Below are positions 1 to 9,671 of a DNA stretch of 64,000 bases, one piece after another. Source of the stretch: an uncultured Isosphaeraceae bacterium (GTDB lineage Bacteria; Planctomycetota; Phycisphaerae; Phycisphaerales; SM1A02). The stretch is taken from the NCBI GenBank assembly GCA_964395845.1, contig CAYNCG010000015.1:356-64355 (forward strand), in the 5' to 3' direction. A program made the translations under genes and the position numbers. The notes below the pieces were generated by a model. The model saw only the letters and a list, made by a program, of their open reading frames with translations. It was not told the DNA's origin and ran no database searches. Within the stretch, counting starts at the first letter, position 1. Each line of letters begins with the position of its first letter.

Positions 1-2
1 GG

Positions 3-347
3 CGCATGCAGTCGGCCTTCTTCGATGCGATGGCCCAGCATGCCGAGCAGACGATGCGAAGCCCGCAGTTCCTCGAGGCGATGAAGCGCTCGATGGATCA
101 GGCCCTCCAGCACAAGCGGCAGATGGACGACTTCCTCAAGTCGAACATGGCGAGCGCCTTCGAGACCGCGACGGGCGGCGCGAACGGCGAGATCCTCAAC
201 GCCATCCGGCAGTCGCACGCCGAAGTGCTCGGCGAGCTCAAGAAGCTCGAGGCTCGCGTGGCGAATCTCGAGCAGTCTGGCGGCGCGGCGAAGCCGGCGG
301 CGACGGCCGAGCGGCCCGCGGACAAGTCAGCCAAGCGCGGCAAGTGA
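3..347 (+). CDS. PHA synthase subunit PhaE-like, C-terminal fragment (open at window start)
   Basis: The frame is open to the window edge. The C-terminus is helical and Ala/Lys-rich. It lies directly upstream of a class III-size phaC, as phaE does in phaEC operons. The assignment is by context only. Confidence 0.45.
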   Translation, partial: RMQSAFFDAMAQHAEQTMRSPQFLEAMKRSMDQALQHKRQMDDFLKSNMASAFETATGGANGEILNAIRQSHAEVLGELKKLEARVANLEQSGGAAKPAATAERPADKSAKRGK

Positions 348-384
348 TTGCAACTTCATTCCTCATCATCGAAGGCAGCAGCAG

Positions 385-1557
385 ATGGGCACACAGAACA
401 CCGGCCAATCGGGCGCGTCGCAGACCAACACCACGGCCAACGCGGGCGGAGCCAACCCCTTCGACCCGACCGGCGCGTTCGCCGCGATGGCCCAGGCCTG
501 GCAAGGCGAGTTTGCCGCGATGTCGCGCAAGGTCGCGGCCATGCCGAAGGTGATGGAAGCGGCGCTGAAGGCGACGAAGGGATCGACGCCCCACGAGGTC
601 GTGCTGAACGAGGAGCCGGTGCGGCTCCTTCGCTTCACGGGCAAGGCCGACAAGCGTCACGCGACGCCGGTCCTCTTCGTCTTCGCCCTCGTCAACCGCC
701 CCTATGTGCTCGATCTCCTCCCGCACAAGAGCGTCGTCCGGCAGTATCTCAACGCCGGCTTCGATGTCTACATGATGGACTGGGGCGTGCCGTCGCCCGC
801 CGACGCGTCGAAGACGCTGCATGACTATGTCGAGGGGCACCTCCATCGCGCGGTCGAGCGGATCAAGTCCGACACCGGCAGCGATCAGGTGAACCTCGTC
901 GGCTACTGCATGGGCGGCACGATGTCGGCGATGTATGCGTCGCTCCATCAGGAGTCGGTGCGCAACCTCGTGCTCATGGCGGCGCCGATCGACTGGTCGA
1001 GCCGCGAGTCGCTCCTGCTCTCCTGGACCGATCCGCAGTACTTCGATGTCGACGGTCTCGTCGACACCTTCGGGCTCATTCCCCCGTCGTTCCTCGGCAA
1101 CTCCTTCGGCATGCTGAAGCCGGTCGCCAACTACTTCCAGAAGTGGCAGGGCTTCTACGACAAGATGGAGGACGAGAAGTTCCTCGAGGACTTCTTCGCG
1201 ATGGAGGTCTGGAGCAACGACAACATCCCGATCTCCGGCGAGGTCTACCGCGATTTCGTGAAGTATGGATTTCAGCAGAATCGCCTCGTGCAGGGCACCT
1301 TCCCGCTCGGCTCGAAGAAGATCAACCTGGGCAACATCACCTGCCCGATCCTCAACCTCACCGCCGATGCGGATCACCTCGTCCTCCCCTGCCAGAGCAC
1401 GAAGCTCAAGGAGTGCGTGTCGAGCACCGATTACACCCACTGGTCGGTGAAGGCCGGCCACATCGGCTTGAGCGTCGGCTCGAAGGCCCACAAGGAAGTC
1501 TGGCCGAAGGCCACGGCGTGGATGGCCGAGCGATCGGAGCCGATCGCGTCGGCGTGA
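385..1557 (+). CDS. phaC: Class III-type poly(3-hydroxyalkanoate) synthase PhaC
   Basis: 390 aa alpha/beta-hydrolase with the lipase-box-like motif GYCMGGT (catalytic Cys). Its size fits class III/IV rather than class I PhaC. Reductase genes follow it. Confidence 0.85.
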   Translation: MGTQNTGQSGASQTNTTANAGGANPFDPTGAFAAMAQAWQGEFAAMSRKVAAMPKVMEAALKATKGSTPHEVVLNEEPVRLLRFTGKADKRHATPVLFVFALVNRPYVLDLLPHKSVVRQYLNAGFDVYMMDWGVPSPADASKTLHDYVEGHLHRAVERIKSDTGSDQVNLVGYCMGGTMSAMYASLHQESVRNLVLMAAPIDWSSRESLLLSWTDPQYFDVDGLVDTFGLIPPSFLGNSFGMLKPVANYFQKWQGFYDKMEDEKFLEDFFAMEVWSNDNIPISGEVYRDFVKYGFQQNRLVQGTFPLGSKKINLGNITCPILNLTADADHLVLPCQSTKLKECVSSTDYTHWSVKAGHIGLSVGSKAHKEVWPKATAWMAERSEPIASA

Positions 1558-1650
1558 GTCGCCTGCCCATCGGGCGTCTGGCGTGGATGGAGTCACGACG
1601 AGGGACGAAGCGTCCCTCACAGCAGCGCGGAAGCGCACCGGAGGTTTGCC

Positions 1651-2469
1651 ATGATCGATCTGTCGAAGCGAGTCGCCGTCATCACCGGGGGCGCCAGCGG
1701 CATCGCCCGCGCCGTCGCCCGTCAGCTCGGGCGCGAGGGCATCCGGGCCATCGCCCTCGTTGACTTCGCCGAGGCCGTCCACGGCGTCGCCGCCGAGATC
1801 GACAAGGAACTCGGCCGAAGCTGCTGCGTCGCGTTCTGCGGCGATGTCACGAACCGCGGCTTTCGAAGCTCGGTCTTCAGCACGATGAAGGAACGCTTCG
1901 GCGGCGTCCAGATCTGCGTGCCCGCCGCCGGCATCGTCCGCGACGGTCTCGCCGTCCGCGTCGACAAGACCACGAAGACCGCGAAGCTCTACGACCAGGA
2001 CCTCATGGAGAAGACCATCGCGGTCAACCTCATCGCCGCCAGCTACTGGGCGATGGAGACGATCGCGAGCGTCGCGGAGAGCCGCGCGGCCGCCGGACTC
2101 GGCGGCTGGAAGGGCGGCGAGGAGGTCCAGGGCGAGATCGTCTTCATCGGATCGATCTCCTCCGCCGGCAACAAGGGCCAGGTCGCCTATGCCGCGACGA
2201 AGGCGGGGCTCGAGGGCGTGCAGGCGACGCTCGCCAAGGAAGCGATTTTCTATGGTGTCCGCGTCGCCATCGTGCATCCCGGCTTCACTGATACGCCGAT
2301 GGTGCGGGCGATGGATCAGAAGATCATCAGCGAAGCCGTCCTTCCCAGGACCCAGCTCGGTCGGCTGCTCGCCCCCGAGGAGATCGCCGACGCGATTTGC
2401 TTCATGATCCGCAACTCGGCGGTGAGCGGCGCCCTCTGGGCCGACGCAGGCTGGCACCCGCCCGCGTGA
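1651..2469 (+). CDS. Short-chain dehydrogenase/reductase (SDR) family oxidoreductase
   Basis: N-terminal TGGASGIA Rossmann motif and an SDR Y-x3-K catalytic segment (YAATKAG). 272 aa. Confidence 0.8.
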   Translation: MIDLSKRVAVITGGASGIARAVARQLGREGIRAIALVDFAEAVHGVAAEIDKELGRSCCVAFCGDVTNRGFRSSVFSTMKERFGGVQICVPAAGIVRDGLAVRVDKTTKTAKLYDQDLMEKTIAVNLIAASYWAMETIASVAESRAAAGLGGWKGGEEVQGEIVFIGSISSAGNKGQVAYAATKAGLEGVQATLAKEAIFYGVRVAIVHPGFTDTPMVRAMDQKIISEAVLPRTQLGRLLAPEEIADAICFMIRNSAVSGALWADAGWHPPA

Positions 2470-2610
2470 CCGACGCCGACGGGAGTGGGAGTTGGCCTGA
2501 TCGTCCGTTCCCGCCCCGCGCCATCGTCCAGTAGACTCCGAGGTCCGCACCGTCGTGGGTGCGTTTCCTGAACTGCCGCGCGCCATGAGCGCGTTCGAGG
2601 AGTCGCTCCG

Positions 2611-3357
2611 ATGCTTCCCCTGCAAGGTCGTGTTGCTCTCGTCACCGGTGCCGGTCGCGGCATTGGCCGCGCCATCGCTCTCGCCCTCGCCCGTCAGGGA
2701 GCCGATCTCGCGATCAACTACGCGAGCAACGACAAGGCGGCCGAAGAGGTGCAGAACGAGATCCGGGCGATGGGTCGCCGCGCCGAGCTCTTCAAGTGCA
2801 ACATCGCCGACGACAACGCCGTCCACGCGATGGGCGAAGCGATCAAGCGCGTCCTCGGCGGCATTGATATTCTCGTGAACAACGCGGGCATCACCCGCGA
2901 CAAGACCTTCATGAAGATGACCCATGTCGAATGGGACGAGGTCCTCAATGTGAATCTGAAGGGGCCGGTGCAGATGACGCACCTCTTCCTTCCGCAGATG
3001 GTCGAGAAGGGCTGGGGCCGGGTCATCAACATCACGAGCGTCATCGGCCAGATGGGCAACTTCGGGCAGGCCAACTACGCCGCGGCGAAGGGTGGCCTCG
3101 ACGCCTTCACGAAGAGCGTCGCCCGCGAGGTCGCACGCAAGGGCGTCACCGTCAACTGCGTCGCTCCGGGCTTCATCCGCACCGACATGACCGCCGCGGT
3201 GCCGGACAAGGCCCTCGAGCACATCAAGACGATCACGCCGATGGGACGCATGGGTGAGGCCGACGAGGTCGCCAATGTCGTCGCGTTCCTCGCCTCACCC
3301 GAAGCCTCGTTCGTGACCGGTCAGGAGATCGGCGTGAACGGCGGCCTGTACATGTGA
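2611..3357 (+). CDS. phaB: Acetoacetyl-CoA reductase / 3-oxoacyl reductase
   Basis: Motifs TGAGRGIG, NNAGITRD, NYAAAKGG and a VNxVAPGFIxTDM segment closely resemble PhaB/FabG. It sits in the PHA cluster. Confidence 0.75.
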   Translation: MLPLQGRVALVTGAGRGIGRAIALALARQGADLAINYASNDKAAEEVQNEIRAMGRRAELFKCNIADDNAVHAMGEAIKRVLGGIDILVNNAGITRDKTFMKMTHVEWDEVLNVNLKGPVQMTHLFLPQMVEKGWGRVINITSVIGQMGNFGQANYAAAKGGLDAFTKSVAREVARKGVTVNCVAPGFIRTDMTAAVPDKALEHIKTITPMGRMGEADEVANVVAFLASPEASFVTGQEIGVNGGLYM

Positions 3358-3390
3358 CGGATCGCCCGAGGCGAGCGATCGCCTGCCCCA

Positions 3391-4860
3391 TCACGGCACC
3401 GGCCAGCGCGGAGCCCGCAACTCCTCGACATCGAGGGTGAGGGCGTCGCGCGCGGAGAGCGTGAGGCGGGCGAGCGGATAGCGGTGCTGGAGGGTGACGA
3501 CGGAGAACGTCGTCCGCCGCCGGTCGCGGATGTAGCCAAGCGCCTGCCGCGCCTGCTCGTCGAGACCGCCGCCGGCGAGGGCTGCGTCGATCGCCGGCAA
3601 CGCCGCGTCGCCGAAGCCCCAGAGCGCCCGCGCCGCGACGATGCCGTCACCGGTGATCGCGTTGTCGGCGAGATGGGCGATGAGGATCGGCGCGGCCCTC
3701 CCCACCGCGTCCGCTCGCCCGGCGCATCCCAGGATCGCCGCCGCCAGCAGGCGTGTCCGGCCGTCGGCGTCGTCGAGCGCGGCCTCGACCAGCGCCGTCG
3801 CTTCGTTCGCATGCGCAACGAGCCGCTGGAAGGCTTCGGTCGCCTCGCCGGAGCGGCGCGACGACGCGAGATCGGCGACGGCTGCCTGAAGCAAACGGTG
3901 ACGCGTCGCGGGATCGAGGACCTCGCGTCGGTCGGATGCCCAGAGCAGATCGTGCACCGAGCGTCGCTCCTGCTCGTCGGCGCTCTCCATGCGGGCGAGG
4001 AGGTCGCCGCGGATCGCGACCGCGTGTTCGAAGAGAAACGAAAGGCCGCGCTGATGGTTCCATTTCCGCTCGTCCGAACGGAGATCCTCAAGGCAGCGGC
4101 GGACGAGTTCCGCCGGCGGGCGGCCCTCCCAGACGAGTTCGCAGAGCACCTCGGCGGCCAGATCGCCCTGCTGCTCGTCGCCCGAGGCGAGCGCCGCGAG
4201 GAGCGGCGCAGGGTCGTAGGTCGCGAAAATCGCGAGCTGATCGAGCGCTCGTCGGGCGTTGTCGAGAAGCCCGTCGTCGCGCAGGTCCGCGACGAGGATT
4301 TCGACATAGCGCCGCGTTTCGCCTTCGTCGAACTGGAGATCGAGCGCCCGCCGATGCAGTTCCTCGCGCACCTCGATCGGACTCACGGTGCCGAGGGCTG
4401 CGCCGCTCGAGAGCAGGATATCGGTCGGCGCCATCGCGACGAGCGCCCGACCGTCGAGCGGTGGGCGCATGCTGCAGTAGAGCGCGAGCAGCAGGAAGAG
4501 GCACGCGAAGCCGAGCGGCCGCAGCCCGCCGCGACCGCGGACGAGTTCGCTGCGCCGTGCGATCGCCCGTCCGCACTCCGGGCAGGTCACCGCCGCCGTG
4601 AGCGGAGCTCGCTTGGGGCCCGCCTCGACATGTCCACCGAGGTCATAGGCGCAATGCCGACGAACGAGGATCGCGAGCGGCGTCCAGCGCCGCGCAGGAC
4701 CGGGACAGCATCGTGCCCGCGGCATGCGCGATCGCGCTCGGGCTGCGCCGATGAGCGCAACGCCGACCAGACCGACGGCACTCCACGCGAGGAGCATCGG
4801 GACGAGACCGTCCACGCTCGGTGACACACTCGACGCCAGACTCAAGCCAACTGACGACAT
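3391..4860 (-). CDS. Hypothetical membrane protein with N-terminal zinc-ribbon-like motif (C-x-Y-D-L-x-G ... CPECG) and helical-repeat C-terminal domain
   Basis: 489 aa ORF with coding-like composition, hydrophobic segments around the CPECG motif, and a long Ala/Leu-rich HEAT-like region. The N-terminal motif is shared with ORFs 53827..54876 and 20685..21068. Confidence 0.6.
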   Translation of the reverse strand: MSSVGLSLASSVSPSVDGLVPMLLAWSAVGLVGVALIGAARARSRMPRARCCPGPARRWTPLAILVRRHCAYDLGGHVEAGPKRAPLTAAVTCPECGRAIARRSELVRGRGGLRPLGFACLFLLLALYCSMRPPLDGRALVAMAPTDILLSSGAALGTVSPIEVREELHRRALDLQFDEGETRRYVEILVADLRDDGLLDNARRALDQLAIFATYDPAPLLAALASGDEQQGDLAAEVLCELVWEGRPPAELVRRCLEDLRSDERKWNHQRGLSFLFEHAVAIRGDLLARMESADEQERRSVHDLLWASDRREVLDPATRHRLLQAAVADLASSRRSGEATEAFQRLVAHANEATALVEAALDDADGRTRLLAAAILGCAGRADAVGRAAPILIAHLADNAITGDGIVAARALWGFGDAALPAIDAALAGGGLDEQARQALGYIRDRRRTTFSVVTLQHRYPLARLTLSARDALTLDVEELRAPRWPVP

Positions 4861-4942
4861 GGCCGCGACTCCCTGCGCTGCGAGCGCCGCCCGTCCGTGG
4901 CGGCGACTGCGGCAAATCGTACATGGCCGCGCGGCTCATCCG

Positions 4943-6271
4943 TCACAACAATTCGACCAACACCTCATCCGCTAACAATTGTCCCGCGCGGGTGAACCGC
5001 ACGCGTCCCTGGACCCGCTCGAGCAGTCCGCGGCCGATCGCCCGGTCGATCGCCTCCCGCCGGGCCGGCCCTCGGCCGGAGCGTGTGGCCGCTTCGATCA
5101 CCGCGTCGGGCACGCCCTCGCGCAGGCGGAGTCCGACCAGCAGGATCTCACCGGCGCGGGTGTCCGGATCGACCTCCTCGCAGTCCACGATCGGCGCCAT
5201 CCGATCCTCGGTCTCCGCGAGCCAGCGGGTCAGGTTCGGGACATTCTTCCAGCGGATCCCGGCGACATGGCCGCTCGCGCTCGGCCCAAGCGCCCACCAG
5301 GACTCGTTTCGCCAGTAGAGGAGATTGTGGCGGCATTCCTGACCGGGCTGGGCGAAGTTCGAGATCTCGTACTGCTCGAAGCCAGCCCGTTCGGTGGCGG
5401 CGAGCGTCGCCTCGTACATCGCCGCCTCGAGATCCTCGTCGCAGGGCTCGAACTGACCGAGCTCAAGGCGCTTGGTCATCGCCGTGTTCGGCTCGTAGGT
5501 GAGCCCGTAGCAGGAGAGGTGATCGGGTCCGCAGGCCATCGCCTGGGCGAGATCGCTTTCCCATTCGGCGAGCGTCGATCCGGGCACGCCAAAGATGAGG
5601 TCGAGGTTCAGACGCCGCAACCCAGCCCTGCGGAGCCGTTCGACCGCCCGGGGCACGCTCGCCGGGTCGTGCCAGCGCTCCAGCGTCTTCAGGTGGTGCG
5701 GGTGAAAGCTCTGGGCTCCGAGACTCACCCGGTTCACCCCCGACTCGACGAGGATCGCGGCGACCTCGTCCGTGACGGTCTCAGGGTTCGCCTCGACGGT
5801 CCATTCGATCGACGGGGAAAAGGCGAACCGCTCGGCGACGCGGGCGAGCGCCCGCCGCAGGAGATCCGGTCGGAGGAGCGTGGGCGTCCCGCCGCCGATG
5901 AAGATCGTCTCGAGCACACCCCCCCGCTCCGGCTGACCGATGCCTGCGTTGGCGGCCGCGTCGACCTCCGCCTCAAGCCGACTCAGGTACGCCGGCTGCT
6001 GGTCGGCGCGGTCGACGAAGGAGTAGAAGTCGCAGTAGTGGCACTTGTGGAAGCAGAAGGGCACATGGAGATAGAGCCCGCGGATCCGTGGGAACGGCTG
6101 CCCGGGTGCGACGCGCTGGCGAAGGACGAACCCGGCGCTGGTCGCCGCATGTGGATCGCCCCCATCGGCTCTGCCTCCGAGGCTCACGGCGGAGCCGAGC
6201 TGCGGAAGCGGATGGGAGAACGCCGCCCCGTCGGCGGTCGGTGAAGTCGGATCGGGTCGCTCGGTGCCCAC
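4943..6271 (-). CDS. hemW: Radical SAM heme chaperone HemW / oxygen-independent coproporphyrinogen oxidase-like
   Basis: Has the CxxxCxxC radical-SAM cluster motif (HVPFCFHKCHYCDF) and HemN-like downstream domains. Confidence 0.85.
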   Translation of the reverse strand: MGTERPDPTSPTADGAAFSHPLPQLGSAVSLGGRADGGDPHAATSAGFVLRQRVAPGQPFPRIRGLYLHVPFCFHKCHYCDFYSFVDRADQQPAYLSRLEAEVDAAANAGIGQPERGGVLETIFIGGGTPTLLRPDLLRRALARVAERFAFSPSIEWTVEANPETVTDEVAAILVESGVNRVSLGAQSFHPHHLKTLERWHDPASVPRAVERLRRAGLRRLNLDLIFGVPGSTLAEWESDLAQAMACGPDHLSCYGLTYEPNTAMTKRLELGQFEPCDEDLEAAMYEATLAATERAGFEQYEISNFAQPGQECRHNLLYWRNESWWALGPSASGHVAGIRWKNVPNLTRWLAETEDRMAPIVDCEEVDPDTRAGEILLVGLRLREGVPDAVIEAATRSGRGPARREAIDRAIGRGLLERVQGRVRFTRAGQLLADEVLVELL

Positions 6272-6319
6272 TGCGAGGGAGAGCGTAGCCGCCCGCGCGC
6301 CGCTGTCCCGGCGCGCTCG

Positions 6320-6556
6320 TTACGCGGCGTCCTTGTCGCGTTCCTTGTCCCGGTCCGGCTTGGCCGGGGCGGCCCGCGGCGCGGAGGCCGGAATCTTGAT
6401 GTTCGTCCCGCAGTTTCGGCAGCGGACGAGCTTCCCGCGGGCGTTGATCGGCACGGCGAGAATGCGCTGGCAATCAAGCTTTGGGCACTTGATGCGAACG
6501 ACATCATCACGGCCGCCATGGCCGGAGTTCGGTACGGATGATCCAGTCGTACTCAC
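6320..6556 (-). CDS. Small zinc-ribbon protein
   Basis: 78 aa with a CPKLDC ... CRNCG pair and a Lys/Asp/Arg-rich tail. It occupies an otherwise empty intergenic slot. Confidence 0.5.
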   Translation of the reverse strand: MSTTGSSVPNSGHGGRDDVVRIKCPKLDCQRILAVPINARGKLVRCRNCGTNIKIPASAPRAAPAKPDRDKERDKDAA

Positions 6557-6825
6557 GGGTATGCCCTGTCATCGGCCTACCGCTCGGGTCGCTTGAGGCC
6601 GGGTCGGACGCAAGCCCGCAATCCTCCGAAGCCGCGTGCGACCGCCCCAGAGCGTGGCGGCGCTTCCCGTACAATCGCCGCTTGGCCTCCGGCTCGACCA
6701 CGCCCACCAACCGCCCCCCCGGGGACGGGTGAGCGGGCGAGGGGAGCCACGCGTCCGCTCTGGCAGGCCCTCCCACGGTCCCTTTCCGGACGCTTCGCCC
6801 CGTCGACGATCCGCGCCACCGCCAC

Positions 6826-8232
6826 ATGACTCCTCCCGCCGCCGTCTCTCCCATCCGTCCGACCGCGCACTCCGCTGGGGAGCGCCGAGCCCCGCTCAAC
6901 GCCGCCGTCGTGGGCCTCCAGTGGGGCGATGAGGGCAAGGGCAAGATCGTTGACCTGCTCACCGCCCGCTACGACACGATCGTCCGCTACAACGGCGGCG
7001 CGAACGCCGGTCACACCGTCGTCGTGGGGGACCAGAAGTACGCACTCCACCTGATTCCCTCGGGCATCCTCTACCCCGAGAAGCTCAATGTCATCGGGAA
7101 CGGGACGGTCATCGATCCGGAGAAGCTGCTCGACGAAATCGACAAGCTCCGCGCTCGCGGCATCGCCGTGAACCACAATCTGCGGGTGAGCGACCGGGCC
7201 CATGTCGTCATGCCCTATCACAAGGAGCAGGACGCGGCCCTCGAAGACTTCCTGGCCTCGAAGTCCGGGAAGGACAACGGCGGCCTCTCGATCGGCACCA
7301 CCCGCCGCGGCATCGGCCCGGCGTACGCCGACAAGATCTCCCGCTCGACGGCGATCCGGGTCGGCGACCTCCTCGAACCGACCATTCTCCGCCGCAAGCT
7401 CGATGTCGTCTGCGGCATCCGCACGGCGGAACTCGAAGCCCTTGGCGTCCGCACCCGGCCGCTCCGCGCCGACGAGCTCGCCGAGCACTTCAGCGCGGTC
7501 GGCGAGCGGATCCGACCGCTCGTCACCGACACCGTCTACCTCCTGCATGATCGGCTCGCCCAGGGCAAGTCGCTTCTCTTCGAGGGGGCGAACGCGTGCC
7601 TCCTCGACATCGATCACGGCACCTATCCCTATGTGACGAGTTCGAACTGCTCGACCTTGGGCATCCCCGCCGGAACGGGCGTCCCCGGCAGTCGGATCGA
7701 CATCGTCTACGGGATCATGAAGGCCTACTCGACGCGGGTCGGCGCCGGTCCCTTCCCCACCGAGCAGCTCAACCCGATCGGCGACCGGATTCGGGAACGC
7801 GGTCGCGAGTACGGCACGACCACCGGCCGCCCGCGGCGCTGCGGCTGGCTCGATCTCGTCGCGGTGCGGTACTCGGCGATGATCGGCGGCGCCACCGCCA
7901 TCGCCTGCACCCTCTTCGATGTCCTGACCGGCTTCGACGAACTCAAGCTCTGCGTCGGCTACCGTCTCCCCGACGGCTCGACGACCGATCGCTTCCGGCC
8001 CGACGCCGACCGCCTCGGCCTCGTCGAGCCGATCTATGAGACCTTGCCCGGTTGGCAGGAAGAAATCCGCGATTGTGCGTCGCGATCCGCACTTCCGGCG
8101 AACGCCCGCCGCTACCTCGAGCGTATCGAGGAGCTCGTCGGGGTTCCGATCGACATCGTGAGCGTGGGGCCCGAGCGCACCCAGACCATCGCCGACCCGG
8201 CACGGATTGGCGAACTCGTCGACGCGCCGTGA
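6826..8232 (+). CDS. purA: Adenylosuccinate synthetase
   Basis: GLQWGDEGKGKIVD P-loop and full-length PurA-like sequence. A short N-terminal extension makes the start uncertain. Confidence 0.9.
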   Translation: MTPPAAVSPIRPTAHSAGERRAPLNAAVVGLQWGDEGKGKIVDLLTARYDTIVRYNGGANAGHTVVVGDQKYALHLIPSGILYPEKLNVIGNGTVIDPEKLLDEIDKLRARGIAVNHNLRVSDRAHVVMPYHKEQDAALEDFLASKSGKDNGGLSIGTTRRGIGPAYADKISRSTAIRVGDLLEPTILRRKLDVVCGIRTAELEALGVRTRPLRADELAEHFSAVGERIRPLVTDTVYLLHDRLAQGKSLLFEGANACLLDIDHGTYPYVTSSNCSTLGIPAGTGVPGSRIDIVYGIMKAYSTRVGAGPFPTEQLNPIGDRIRERGREYGTTTGRPRRCGWLDLVAVRYSAMIGGATAIACTLFDVLTGFDELKLCVGYRLPDGSTTDRFRPDADRLGLVEPIYETLPGWQEEIRDCASRSALPANARRYLERIEELVGVPIDIVSVGPERTQTIADPARIGELVDAP

Positions 8233-8288
8233 CGATCGCGTCAGCGCCACCGACTCCGCTTCCACCTGACGCTCCTCTCCCACCGCTC

Positions 8289-9086
8289 ATGACCCCTCCC
8301 GCGTCCGCAGCCTCTCCCTCGATCGCTCCGGGCGTCGCCACGGCCGCGTCGATCGCCGAGCCACCGCTCGATCCGGCCCGCATGCCGCGGCACATCGCCA
8401 TCATCATGGACGGCAATGGTCGGTGGGCGCAGCGCCGCGATCTGCCCAGGGCCTTGGGTCATCGGGCCGGGGCGAAGGCGGTGCTCGAGATCGTCGAGGC
8501 GTGCAAGCAGCTTGGGGTCGGGGCTCTGACGCTCTACTCCTTCTCGAGCGAGAACTGGAAGCGCCCGGCGGATGAGGTCGCGGCGCTCATGGAACTCTGC
8601 CAGGAGTTCATCCGCGCCCAGTGCGCGACGATGATCACCAACAACATCCGATTCCGCCGGATCGGACGACGCGAAGGGATGCCCGCGGAGGTCCTCGCGG
8701 CCCTCGACGAGGCGGAGCGTGCGACCGCCCACTGCACCGCACTGACCCTCTGTCTCGCCCTCAACTACGGTTCGCGGACCGAACTCGTGGACGCGGCGAG
8801 AGCGATCGCAGCCCGGGTCGCCCGGGGCGAACTGACGGTGGACGCGATCGACGAATCGACGATCGAGCGGCACCTCTACACCGCCGGCCTCCCGGACCCG
8901 GATCTCCTCATCCGGACCGCGGGCGAACGACGGATCTCCAACTACCTCCTCTGGCAGATCAGTTACGCCGAACTCCATGTCGCCGAGTGCCTCTGGCCCG
9001 ACTTCGGGCCGGAGCAACTCCGAGAGGCGATCCGAGACTTCGCCAGCCGCGAACGGCGATTCGGGGATATCCGGGCGAAGGCCTGA
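8289..9086 (+). CDS. uppS: Undecaprenyl (isoprenyl) diphosphate synthase
   Basis: Carries HIAIIMDGNGRWA and RTAGERRISNYLLWQ motifs. The ORF-track start at 8052 overlaps purA, so the in-frame ATG at 8289 was chosen. Confidence 0.85.
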   Translation: MTPPASAASPSIAPGVATAASIAEPPLDPARMPRHIAIIMDGNGRWAQRRDLPRALGHRAGAKAVLEIVEACKQLGVGALTLYSFSSENWKRPADEVAALMELCQEFIRAQCATMITNNIRFRRIGRREGMPAEVLAALDEAERATAHCTALTLCLALNYGSRTELVDAARAIAARVARGELTVDAIDESTIERHLYTAGLPDPDLLIRTAGERRISNYLLWQISYAELHVAECLWPDFGPEQLREAIRDFASRERRFGDIRAKA

Positions 9087-9671
9087 CCGCCGCCGGGAGG
9101 CTTCTCCCCAAGTCGGCCGCTGCCATTCATTTGTGGCCATTCTCGCGACTCGTCCATAGCAGATCGATGCGGCGACGAGTATTCTGCGGACAGCTCGGTC
9201 TGACGGCCGAGCGAGGTCCTTCACCGACCATCGGCCGCGTCGGCTTTGCCGGCGGATGGCCCGTACGGGTAGGCCTGGCGGCCGGAAGCACGCCAGTTCG
9301 GCCCGCGTCGGCGGTCGCACCGCGGCGTTCTCGCGCCGCGGGCGACGCCGCCGACCGCGCCCGCAGACTCCGGCACGGCCCATCCTGTCCCCATCCTCCC
9401 TCCCCACCCGTGGCGCAAGTCATTCGGGCTGCGGACGAGCAGAAAGGAACGCGCGGCCCGCGTCCGAGCGTCGCGAGACGACCGGACCGCGGCGAGCGGT
9501 GGCTGCGCGACGGTGTGTCCCCCGTCTCGTCTGTCCCCCGTCCGGCCCCGTCCGGCCCCGTCCGGCCCCCGTCCGGCCAGATTTCCAGACCCACCCGACA
9601 TGAGCATCGCCCCACCCGAGCTGGGTCCGACCCAGACGCCGTGGCAGGCGACACAGACTCAGGAGCCCCGC

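Noticed and set aside
238-3222. 994-aa ORF on the minus strand across the PHA cluster
   Set aside because: It is antisense to four well-supported genes (phaE-like, phaC, SDR, phaB). Its composition is extremely Arg/Ala/Gly/Asp-rich with no domain signature, which is a typical long open frame caused by GC bias.
8052-8288. Upstream extension of uppS (track ORF start 8052)
   Set aside because: It overlaps the purA 3' end by about 180 nt and is Arg-rich. The conserved UppS sequence begins after the ATG at 8289.
9087-9500. Possible structured ncRNA in the 580-bp gap between uppS and the metzincin gene
   Set aside because: I could not recognise conserved motifs of RNase P RNA, SRP RNA, tmRNA, 6S RNA or common riboswitches by eye. 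This would need a covariance-model scan (Rfam).
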